Positions 49,801-62,014 of a DNA stretch of 64,000 bases are shown one piece after another (within the stretch, counting starts at the first letter, position 1; each line of letters opens with the position of its first letter). Below the pieces are notes generated by a model. That model worked only from the letters and a program-made list of their open reading frames with translations. It was not told the DNA's origin and made no database searches. This DNA is from Felis catus (taxonomy: Eukaryota), in contig NC_058368.1 of NCBI RefSeq assembly GCF_018350175.1, positions 200,448,001 through 200,512,000 on the forward strand, in the 5' to 3' direction. A program made the translations under genes and the position numbers.

Positions 49801-52028
49801 TACATTTGCCCACAAAATCCTACACAGATGGAGATAAAAGCTCTCCTACAAGCAAAGAGGGCATTTTTTCCTTTGCCACAAAATATTGATGAAGTGCTTT
49901 ATTGAGGTGGAGATCTCATTAATTATTTGATTTACAGAAAATGAAGGCAGAGGGAAATGAGTGCCCTGGCTAATACCATGATGTACCATCTTGAGACTTA
50001 AGATCTTTTTAATGTATTCATCAGAGGTGCATCTGAAAGGGGAAAGAGTGAGCTGAATGGGTCCATTAATTTAATTGAAGCAAGCTCAGACAAGAGATAA
50101 AACATCCCAGCCGGCTTCTTTTCATGCAGCATGAGCACTGTAGTAAACAGGCAGAGATCCAAACACACCAAAAAGAAATAAAGGTACATGGAGACTCTAG
50201 AGACTTCAAGGCCATGTAATATCAACAGATGCAGAGGTGAATAAACCCTGAAGAGGCCCTCTCTTCATATACCACCATGTCAGTGTTCCACGGGCACTGT
50301 CTAGGCTTTATTATGAAACTCTGAATGACTCGGAGGTTACATGTAAGTAATTTAGACTTCCTAAGGCAAAGTTACATTTGTTCTTTTTCTTTTTTTTCCC
50401 CAAACTTCTGAGAAATAGACTCCATCTCCTGCTCTTGAAAGGAAGAGATGGAAGAGGGGAAATGGACTTCCACTGATCTCAGAAGCATCTTTAAATGATG
50501 TTGCTCTTTTCAGCTATCTGTTTTTGAAATGTAACAGTCAGAAAATTCTTTTAGTCCTGAAGAGGTTGGGGCCTCTCCATGCACTCAACATTTGTTGTCA
50601 GCGGTCAGCATAAGGGTACACAGCACATTAATTCAGCCCTTGGCTGTGCACAAGAACACAAAACAACCAAGGTGAGTGTCCCAACTCAACACAGAGCCTG
50701 TCTGTTGCAAGTTATTTCATCTGATAAAAGATAATTTCCTGTGTTTAATCAAAATTACATCTTTAGATATTCACCAGTCATTAAATATCATCCTTTAGAG
50801 GTAAAATCACAATGTATGCATTAAAAGTCATTAGTGAATATTAAACTAAATACTGTGTATAGTTTTCCATGAAAATGTTAGAAAAAACTTAGCATTGAAA
50901 GTGCTGTTGCCAAACAAATTTTCAGTGCCCGAAAATAAATGAAGTTTGTAAGAGAAACAGGCATCTTTTAGTCAAATTAGATTCTCCTCAATATCACAAT
51001 TTTAATGGCAATAATAAGCATGACAAATAAAAATACTTTGGTGTCTTGGATTGTAAATGTAAAACCAGTGACAGAAAATAGGCATTTTCATAATGACAAC
51101 AAAGATATATTTTCAGACCTATAAATTATGATTAAATTTTGGATATCAATTTTACAACCTCATTCCTTAATCAAGTAGTTTTAGGAAGAAGAAGTAAACA
51201 CTCTATCACTTGAAAGCATTATTTTTTCATTTTTTACCATGCCTATGAGGCATTTCAGTTTTTAAAAAAGTTTCACTATTTTGTATTCTTCAAATGATGA
51301 CATTGTTTTCTTTCTTATACACGGAAACTGCTTCTTTCTTACCTTAAAATTTATTTTATCTGCAGAATGCATTTTTAAATAGATTTTTATGTGGATTAGG
51401 AGTATATAAAGTAGGTTAGATAATAGTTGTTATTTAATTATATAAATTTTACAAGTTCAATATTACAAGTGATTCTAAGGAGTTAAAATGTGTTTTATAT
51501 TTGAGTAACTTACTTTGTGAATCATCAAAATCAGTGGGAGAAAACTAAGACGAAGCTATTAACCTGCTTTTTGAGACTCCTGAAGTGGTTAAGCAGCACC
51601 CTGTCTCATCCTGTTCTTCTGAGACCACACAAGTGCAAGATCGGAGCAGAACAAGTACAGTAGCACTTTCCAGATAACACCTCTGAGAACAGAGCAGGCC
51701 CTTTGCACAGACTCAATCACTGAACAACTCCTGACAGATTTTATATTAAGTTAACTTATTTACATTGGTGGTTCCACTGAAGCACAGGTTTGTTTACTTT
51801 CTCTACCTTGCCTTGAATCACCAGAAAACTACATATGGGAGAAATTCTATGCATTAATCTAAAAGTTGGCATATATGTAGCATTTGTCCAATATTGCATT
51901 TAAGAAAAAAAGAAGTAAATGTGGTCCCTAAGTAGCATCAGTTCTCTGACTCATAAAACTAAGGCATTTAATCAGTTTTTACAACCTGTAATAATAAGTA
52001 AGCAATTTAACACCGATTCATTACTACA

Positions 52029-52241
52029 GGGGCACCTGGGTGGCTCAGTTGGTTAAGCATCAGACTCTATTTTGGCTCAGGTCATGATCTCCTGGTTTGT
52101 CAGTTCCAGCGGAGAGGGGCATGGGACTCTGTGCTGATAGCCAGACGCTGCTTCAGGTCCTCTGTCCCTGTCTCTTTCTGCCCCTCCTCCACTCACACAT
52201 GCTCACTCACTTTCAAAATAAATAAATAAACTTTAAAGCAA
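52029..52241 (+). mobile_element. Can-SINE (diverged)
   Basis: ggggcacctgggtggctcagttggttaagc head and aaaataaataaataaac tail. Confidence 0.93.
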
Positions 52242-52669
52242 ATCATCTCACTAAATGTTATCTCTGTTTGTAATTATTTAAGTAACTATTATTTTATATG
52301 GCTACTTTATGGAGGATATGATATTCAAAGATAAATTTGCATATTAGATTTATTAACGATACTTTATAAATATTGTGATGTTATAAAATAAGATTACTTT
52401 AAGACACAATTGAGACTATGAATTATTTTCATTACTTGTACAGTTAAGTCAGTTTGATATAAAACAGTGTTATGGGTCCATAGCAATTGGTATTGGCTAA
52501 ATAAGTGGCCAAAACAAAATTTGCTTTGGATTTATTCTCAAGCTATTTGGCAACTACTTCCTAACTCATCAATGCATCATCATAATCAGTAGCAATAATA
52601 GAAGGAGAAGAAAATGGTAATTTAAGGCCTAAATATGCTGTGTGTTAAGCATTGTACAAAAGGTAATAC

Positions 52670-52875
52670 AATGATTAAGAGTATAGGTCTTAGAATCAGT
52701 CTGCATGGGTGAAAACCTGGCAAATTATGTAATTTTTTTGTGTATCTTGGTTTTTTTCATTTGTAAAATAGAGATTGTATTATGTATGATAAAGGGTTGT
52801 TTTGGGAATTAAATGAGGTGAATATGTAAACCACCCTAAGGAGCATTTAGTACACATTATTATCATTATTACATT
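52670..52875 (+). mobile_element. MIR
   Basis: attaagagtataggtcttagaatcagtctgcatgggtgaaaacctgg...tttcatttgtaaaatagagatt...gaattaaatgagg. Confidence 0.75.
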
Positions 52876-53539
52876 ATAGGTGATCACATATTCCATTGGA
52901 AAAATGAGTGAACAATATGAAAGTATCTAACCAAAACATGATTTTTGCTTTTTACTGATAATAGAATCATTTTTCTTTATTCTTTTTCATGCAATGTCAG
53001 ATATTACTTAAATTTCAGTTTATAAAATAAAAAAGATTAAAAACATAATTCTTCAGAAAAATAAGTATTTGTAAAACATGTATCCTTTTCCCCCAAACCA
53101 ACTGTAATTTTGACTTTTTTTTTACTTTCCATAGTATATACTTACCATTGTTTAACAGCATAACTTTATTAAAAATATTTTTAAAGTATGAAAACTTTTT
53201 CCTCCCCTGGCTTTGTGATGTTCATTTTTATGATTACCATGGTTTCTGTGTACATGTTGTATTTCTCTGTAGATCAGATGTTCATGGTGGACTTTGATTA
53301 ATATATTATTAAAAATCTCCTCCCCTATCTATTGCCCTCCACAGATTCTCATGAATGTTTGTTGTTACCTCAGTGTCTGCTGAGGTCAATCATTCCTTCA
53401 AGATTTGGAGGAAATTGTCTTCAGCCTTCTGTCTCTTGGTTCATGGAAGGCCCTTCCCAAAATATCTGAATCACTTCTGGCTCCAGTTAATGTCCTTCCT
53501 GAGCTTTTTAGCTCTCTCACATTTCTCCTCTTTACTTCT

Positions 53540-53540
<1 letters not shown>

Positions 53541-53583
<43 letters not shown>
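53541..53583. repeat. (GT)n microsatellite
   Basis: Read directly from the sequence. Confidence 0.98.
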
Positions 53584-53584
<1 letters not shown>

Positions 53585-55369
53585 CCGCGCGAGCACGTGC
53601 GGCCAAAGAGGGAACTTCGTTTATTTCCTTTGATTCCCTGGCGTTCCCTTTCCCTCACTATACATACAGAGCATATTCGCTTTTTAATTTTTAAAGTTTG
53701 GAACAGCAATGGGTATTCCACAATTTATAACTCAGAATTCTGCTGCTAAAAACTCCTTAGTTTCTATTCTGCAGAATTCTTTTTTTTTCCCCCTCTTTGT
53801 CACCTTTCTCTACTGGCTCTAGACTTTGATAGCAAAGGCACCTCACTTCTTGTTCCAACCTGCTTAGCTTCGCCCTCCAAAAATTATATCTTCATTATCT
53901 ACATTTATTCTTAAGTGACCCACCTTTTGTATGTAAATATAATGTAAATAATAAATTATGCATCATGTGTTTGAACAAGATTGACAGAGTGTTTTTAATT
54001 GCAGTCTTTTTTCTCTTACTGGTCTTTTCCATATCCAACATAGATTTACTTATGAAATTGGTATTATGATAAAAATTCATTTATACTTAATTTGTAATTA
54101 TAAATTCATAATTTATTATAAAATATAATTTTATAATTTATTTTAAAATTTATATAAATTTTCGCATGTAAGTTTTTGCCATCTTTGGAAAGCTGAGCAT
54201 TTTTTAAAATACAGCTTTAAATCAAATACCTTTGTGATATACATGAAAGTATAGAATTTATTTAATCTTTGATGCATTTTATTGTCACTGAGAAGACCTT
54301 TTAAAATGTGTCTTAAATAGATCCAATATTTATGTCACACTTGAAAAAGATAAATGTAGGTCTTTTATAGGCCCTTGAGATTAAAATTTAGATTATTACA
54401 TTTTAAGTTTGAGATAGATTGAAATGTTGAATGGGACTTAAATGATATGTGGACTAAGATTTTCTTCTTATTTGTATAACTATTATAGCTTTTAAAATTA
54501 GTCAGTTTTGTATTATCCAATTATGAATCCTGTAAAACATTAGGTGCTATAGGAAATGGTGAACAATAGAATATCTACTTCCCATCATGAAGGTTGTGAA
54601 TTGTTTCAGGTGATGTGACTAATATGCCAGTTATAAGATTGATTCAATATAAAATATATCATGTCTTACAAATCTAATCATGTTCTAAATTGCACGTAAG
54701 GATTTCAAGTAAAGTAGCCAAAGAAGGCTGCTTTAGTGAAGAAAAAGTAGGCCATTGAAAAATGAATAGGGTTTGCGGGAGAGCAGTTGAAATGAGTAAA
54801 TTCATGACTTCGGTATAATTTGAGGACAGCCAGGCTAGCTTGGGAAAGGGAGTGACCTGTCTCTATTATTCCTGTCCAACACAGAGGCTCTGCTTTTTGA
54901 AGACCTAAGGCTTTATATACTCGGAGTGCATTTATTCTGTACTTTCAGTAAGAATATTTAATACAGTTACATTCTTTCTTGTAAGCTTTATATATATTTA
55001 AATTATACAGTACTTTCATGACTCTTTTATGGAACACACACATATACATACACACTCATATACACTGGTTCCTTGGATTTCCAAGACAAACGAAAATGCT
55101 GATTTTAAAATTATTTTGTTATGATAATTCAAGTAATACACTGACAAATGGTTTTGTTTATTTTTATTAATCTACATTTGGAAAGAAGTAATATTATACT
55201 TAGTTTGGAAAAGGTTTTTTCACAAAAGATAGTCAGTATACACATTTATTATTAAAAACTCTGGTCATTTTATAGTTGTATCATTACTTTCACATATAAG
55301 ACTAATGTATATATAACACTAAAAAGTGGAGTAGCAGAGTAGTTAGGCACATAACTTTGGAGAAAGCCA

Positions 55370-55860
55370 CAATTTATTGACTACAGAACATGTTGAACTT
55401 AAGACGTCTATTACTGAAATAATGATTCAAGTAGTCAGTTGGATGCAATCTTCTAGACCTTAGGAGAAAAGTCTAGGTTGGAGATATAAATTTGTGAGTG
55501 TTTTGCAAATGATGACAGTTAGAATTATGACCTTGGATCATACGACCAAAGGATTAAGTATAGAATTGAGGACTGAGCATTGATCACCCTAACATTAAAA
55601 GGTTGGAAAGAATAAGAGAAATGAGTGGGAAAATACTGAGAAGAGGAATAGAAGGGATATGGAAGACTAAGTGAAGAACGTATATCAAAGAGGAGGGAGA
55701 TGTCAACCCATCTAAATATTGATAAGTACACAAGAAGAATGAGTAGTGATCATTAGATTTAACACTGGGAGATTATTGGTCACTTTGGCAAAAGCAATTT
55801 TGGTAGAATGTTATTGGCAAAAATTTGATTTGATTGAACTCAAAAGTGAGTGGGTGATAG
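55370..55860 (-). mobile_element. LINE-2 fragment
   Basis: catgttgaacttaagacgtcta...ggagaaaagtctaggttggagatataaatttgtgagt...gaggactgagc...ggtcactttggcaaaagcaattttggtagaatg is the reversed L2 RT region. Confidence 0.8.
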
Positions 55861-56059
55861 TGTGTATATATAAATATGTGCAGGCTATAGAATGCTCTTT
55901 ATCAAAGAAAACAACAGCAACAACAGCAAAATACTGCAGAAATTACCCTAAGAATGAAAATCCAAAATATTGCAGTTAAATATCAGGGTTATTCTCTCAG
56001 CATTGGTATCTATATTGTCTTCTAGTTTTAGTAAAACAATAAAAAAGAAAAAAATAATT

Positions 56060-57870
56060 AGAGTAATATTGGGGAAAAAGATATAACTATTTTTTCTAAT
56101 ATGATTGTAATCCTGAAAACCTTAGAGGTTCTAGTGAAAAATTACCAAAATTAATGAGATAATTGGGTGAGTTACTTTTGTACAAAATTAAGTATAAAAA
56201 ATAAATATATTTTCTATATTCTAGTGATTAATACTCAAAAATGTATATGGAAAAAAATGTACTCATAGCAATTTGAAAACTTATAAAGCATATAGAAATA
56301 ATTTGTTTTAAAAACTATAGTATCTCTAAAAAAGCAACTTTAAAAAGACCAAAATATATCTAGAAAATGGAAAGAGAGGACATGATTTTGGAAGGGAAAA
56401 CATCATAAAAGTGACAATTCTTCAAATATTTTTCTATAAAGTCAGTACATTCAATTTTTAATTGGATACCTTTTTTTCAAGCTCATGTTAAGAATAATTT
56501 TCTAATACTTTTTAGTTAAGAGAAAGCACAGCTATGGTGTCTTTGCTTTACCAGGTAATGCTATGAAACTATTATAATGATTCAATTTGATACTAACATT
56601 GCTTCTAGGAATACAGAGCATGTAGAAACTTATCCCATTCAAAGTCAAAATATAACTGGTACTGAAATAAAGCAAGACAACTTAGTGTTTTGGTTTTTTT
56701 TTGGTTTTTTGGTTTTTTAATTAATTAATTAATTTTGCTCTAAGGATAATAGAGATGTTCGAAACCAAGTCTTGAAGCACTAGTGCTATAAAACAACAAA
56801 TATATATATATATGTACATATATATACATATATTCACATATACATATATTCATATATACATATATATATATGAAGTGTGTATCTATCTATATATATGAAG
56901 CATATATATTACAAACTTTTACAGGATAAAGGATAGGATTAAAAGATCTAATAAAAAGCCAATATATGTGAGAGAATAGAATTTGTAACCTGTTGAGAAT
57001 TTCTTTCATAAACAAATAGCTCATAAATTAGAAAGAAAGGGAAACATTTCAATAAAATATAAGCAAAGGGAATCAAGAGGGTTTTACAAAAGAGTAAATC
57101 CAAACAGCCAACAAACATGAAAAGCTCTTCAAATACAGCAGCAGTCACAGAAACACATTAAAGAAAGAATAAGATATCAATTTATAGACATTTTCAGAGA
57201 AATTAGAGTGTCATTTGTAGAGATGTGAGGAAATAGTATTCTCATCAGTTGCTACAAGATGTGTGAGTTGTTAGAGATTAAAAAAAACAATTTGTTGACA
57301 TCTATTGCAATTAATCATGTGAATATTTTTTGACCTATCAGTCCTACTCCTAGGAATCTATAGCTCAGATATAAAAACTGTTAGAAGTCATTGACAAATA
57401 TGAAAGGGTTTGTGTAGTAACGTTGTGTGTAGCAGCAAAAGTGGAACACATGAATGCAAACATCAAAAACAAAAATAAAGCGATTTAGAAAATATCCACC
57501 ACATACACACTGAAAAAAATATTGCCATTAAAAAAGAGTGAATTGTAGATATATCTGTTAATTAGAAGAATTTTCATTAGATATTTTTTAAAAGGCAACA
57601 ACTCAAGAAACATACATAATAAGGCTCCATTTTTATAAAACTGACAAAAAGGTTGTTCTGTGTGTTTCTCATTAAATAAACAGAAAAATTATGAAGATTG
57701 TTGATACAGGACTGCAGAGAAGGCAGTAGGGCACAAAATTGCTGTTTTTTGTTTTGGAGGAAGAGAATAAAAGAGTCAGAAGTGCAACAATATGTATAAT
57801 ATGATCATATTAACCCAGTTTAGTAAAATGTTTAAAGATGTGTATATAAGAATTTTTAAATAAAAATATG
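56060..57870 (+). mobile_element. Heavily degraded L1 ORF2/3' UTR fragments with a (TA/TACA)n tract at about 56800-56910
   Basis: atgattgtaatcctgaaaacc...ccaacaaacatgaaaagctcttcaaat...tttgacctatcagtcctactcctaggaatcta are L1 motifs. Confidence 0.7.
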
Positions 57871-58458
57871 CAGATTAGTAGATGCAGTTTGAGAAATAGT
57901 TTTAAAGTAATTTTTATTCTAATCCTTTAAATTTTATAATCCCCCCCCTTTTTTTCCCTTATGAATTTCCTTGATAATAAAGGAAAAAAGGTAATATTAA
58001 ACCTGGTCCTGTGGAGTAAATCCTCTTGAATTGTCTGATTTGTGAATTATATTTTCTGACCATTTCTGAAATTCAACACTGAGATTCCTTTGGCTCTTAT
58101 TCTTAGCATAACAGAAGACAGAAGCTATCACTACTAAATTAGTGTGTTAGTCTTCTATTACAGAAAAATAATTTGGGAATAAATAATTTAAATTATACAT
58201 AGATTTATAAATATTTTTTTTCTTTTGCTTTCACTTAGAATACCACTAAAACTTGGGACTGTTGACTAATTCCAAGATTGTATATCAGGGAACCTGGTTT
58301 TAATCTCCCTTTTATCACTAACCATCTATGAATCTGATTCCAATTCTCCTTCTGCCACTAACCAGTTATTTTTGGTCAACTTATTTTCACATTTATTGGA
58401 CAGAATCACTAATATTTAAGCTACATAATTTCACAGATTTGGGGAGTGTGGCATCTTT

Positions 58459-58483
58459 TTAAAAAAATATTTTATTCATTTTT

Positions 58484-58528
<45 letters not shown>

Positions 58529-58684
58529 TGAGCATGAACATGAGCACAAGTGGGCGAGGCGCAGAGAGAGAGGAGACACAGAAACTGAAGCAGGATCCAG
58601 GCTCTGAGCTGTCAGGACAGAGCTGGAACCCACCAACCTGAGCTGGAGTCTGGCGCTTAACCTACTGAGCCCCCCAGGCACGCC
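58459..58684 (-). mobile_element. Can-SINE
   Basis: TSD ggggagtgtgg(c/g)atcttt at 58441-58458 and 58685-58702. Confidence 0.96.
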
Positions 58685-59311
58685 GGGGAGTGTGGGATCT
58701 TTAAGAAGGAAGAGAAGTCTTACATAATTATTACTAAGACTGCCATCAAAATTAGTCACTAAAATAAAAATAGATAATATATCTTTATACAGTAAAAGGG
58801 GTCCATTTATTTTCAGGTTGTCATTATACTAGCAAAGGTGATTTTTATATATTTTAGAAAAATCTATTTTATAATGTGTTTTATGTAAAACGCAATGTCT
58901 ATGGGATGTTAAGTTAATATTTATGGCAGAGAAAAAGCGGTTTGTAATCAAATATGTTTATAGTTAACCCTGAGTAAATCTAGATTGAATAGGTGTCTTT
59001 TTTGTAGGAATTATTTGAAGTTTTCTTATGTTTATATTTTCTATAACTTTCTCAGAGAAGGAATAGAGGATATACTACTTCACAAATATATTTCATGACC
59101 AAGTTTTTTTCTCCGCAATTTCTAGGGTTTCATGAGTGACATGAAGAAATGTTAAGCCAGATGCCATATTTTCAAAGTAAAATTTAAAGTAAATAGAAAC
59201 AAACTGCCACCATCAACAAAAGCAAAAGTAAAAAAAAAAAAACAAAGACTGAACTAAAGTCCCAGACTGTTTCATTATTTAAGAATAATGATTTCTGCAA
59301 AACTACACATT

Positions 59312-59509
59312 AAAATTTTTTTTTGACGTTTATTTATTTTTGAAAGAGACAGAGCATGAGCAGGGGAGGGGCAGAGAGAGAGACACACACAGATTCTGAA
59401 GTGGGCTCCAGGCTCTGAGCTCTCAGCACAGAGTGGGACTCAAACCCACAAACTCTGGGATCATGACCTGAGCAGAAGTCAAATGCTTAACCAACTGAGC
59501 CACCCAGCG
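59312..59509 (-). mobile_element. Can-SINE
   Basis: Reverse-strand element; flanking repeat ct(a/g)cacatt. Confidence 0.95.
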
Positions 59510-62014
59510 CTGCACATTTTAAATAATACCAGCTTCTTTAACAAAAACATTCATTGAATAGTTTTTTAACTTATGCATGTAAAGATAGGTTAAAAATGAA
59601 TAGTAGTCATTTAACATCTTTTTCTAAACCCATGCTATGAAAGAAAATCTTTCATAAATTAATCTAGATATTTAAAATTCATTGATAATTTTATATATTT
59701 CCTTTGCTATCCAGAGAGGTTTAATTTAACAGATGTCATAATTTATATCTTCATATATATTATAATCCAGGGTTCCACATAAAATAATAATAATGAGGAA
59801 CTTGAATATTATAAAAATAATCCAAGATTTAGAAAATAGAATTTAAAAATGTGTATCATTCTTATAATTTCAAAAATATTACTACTGAGTGCTATGATTA
59901 TTTTTAAGGAAGTTAATATATCCATATTTTAAGTGGAGTTAGGGAAAAATAAGACCAGACTACTTCTGAAATTTAAATTTATTTTCCACACTCAGAAATA
60001 TTATATGGAGTGGATACTATTGGCTTGGAGGAAAAAGCACAAACATTTGGGACCACAACTTTTCCTTTAAAGCACTGCTTTAAAATCATTTTAGAAAGAA
60101 AAAATCATAGATTAACCCAAAGTATTTCTTCCTTATTTTGAAAAGTGCCTTTCAAAGATAATGAGGTGAATAAGGATCATAATATTGAAATATAAAAAGC
60201 AAGTGCATACATGCTGGTAAATTTACCTCTTGGAGATATAATCACCCTCTCATTTGGCATTTTCCTTTCTCCTTTTCTGTCTTCAATTGTCAGTATATCT
60301 TTATATCTTGTACTGTTCTAAAGGCTCGGTGGGTGCTCAGAAAGTCATGAATAGCAGTAATAAGAAAAGTAATAATGTAGAACAGATTTTTCTATAGGTT
60401 AAACTGTGAAAAGAAATATTGAGATTAATCAGAAATCAGAATTATGAAGCTTTCAGTTTGGAAAGAGAAGAAATAAAATAAAACTATAGTACTTGAGTTA
60501 TCTCATTTAACACCATTGTGTTGAGAGGTTCAAGATAGAGAAGGCTGGTTAGAGGATGATGGTTGAAGCTTGCTTTTTTCACATAGTCTGTACTTAAGTC
60601 AAGGCATGTCATTGGGCCCCTTTGTTAGTACACCAGGTGCTGATGGAAAATCTTGACATATTTTTGCTACATTCTAAAAAGAAAAAAATTATACCATTAA
60701 ACATAAACTCTAACAGACCTGTGCTCACAGTAGCATTACAGATTAACATTTTTATTTCCAGCTTTTGTAAGTATATTGAAAGTAGATGTTTTCTAAAGGC
60801 TTTATGGAGGCAAAGAAGATTTCTTATTATACCCTTAATTATTAAATCAACTTTAAAAATGTGTCAAATTATATACTCTGAAAGGTAAATTAACTTACAA
60901 ATAAAAAGTATTTTCCTTATAGATAATTCCTTATAATGCAGCCATTGGTTTGAAATTAGGGAAAATCATGGGTTTTGAATACCTTATATAAATTTAGATA
61001 TTTGTCAAATCAAATCTAAAATTCTGTGCAACAATGTAACTTTAAATATCTCTGCTCGTCTTTGATTTTACAGAGTAAAGATTATCGCATCATGTACACT
61101 GTGGGACGCTCAATAAATCCATGAAAAATTAATAGAAAAAAGAAAACAAGGAATAAGCTAAATACCACCAAAATGATTACATCAATACAGTCTGAACAGT
61201 CCCTTGAAAGTGTAGGAGACAGTAAGATAGCTTTAAATATGGGATTTAAAATCAATTTAACAATGGAAACTAAATATACAGGAACTAGTACCATCTCTAT
61301 TTTTATTTCAAATAATAAAATGGATTGTGTAGCAAATCTGTGGGAAGTCGTATTTCCATTATAATTTATTCTGGTAAAAAATTCATAGTTGTCAAGGTAC
61401 TCAAGGTCTACTTTTTTTTATATAAAACCTTTCTTAGTCTTTCCTTTATTATTCAAATAGGTTGCTATGGAATCAGATTTCTGACACTTTATTATCAAAA
61501 CATCTTTTGACACTATAAAGAAAATATATATTTTGAGCAAAAAAAAATAAAAGTTTAAGTTAAAATTAAAATGTTCTCATAGAGATTATTTAAAAGACAT
61601 TATTTAAATGTAATTTTTTGTTTTTTAGAATGAAATGATAGCATTATGATATTTGGCCCCCAAAGGCAAAATTCTTGGTATGCAAATATATGTAATATTT
61701 TGATAGATAACATTACCAAGGCATACATACACAGTTTCTTTTTCTATACTTAATTATAGAAAAGTTAAATATGCTACTTTAATTAAACATTTATGGCAAT
61801 TATAATAATTATAAGCAAATGGCATTGGTCTTATGTGAATGAAACAAACCATTCTGTTTAATAAAAATACTTGAGACAAATATCCCATGAGGTAAAAACT
61901 ATAACAAATTAAAGAACTGGGTAAATTGAAGGTATATTTGGTTTAGCTCATTATATCTAGCTAGCTAATAGTCATTAAAATTTTTGAACATTATGCTTGA
62001 CTCAAATGAATAGT

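Noticed and set aside
54060..54162. AT-rich quasi-palindromic tract as a cruciform-forming element
   Set aside because: Only short imperfect inverted repeats, as expected from A/T low complexity.
1045..59509. SINE heads as tRNA genes, and SINE-derived ORFs (GAWVAQSVK..., LSLSLSK)
   Set aside because: These are tRNA-derived Can-SINEs with CT tracts, A tails and TSDs; the ORFs are translations of the repeat consensus.
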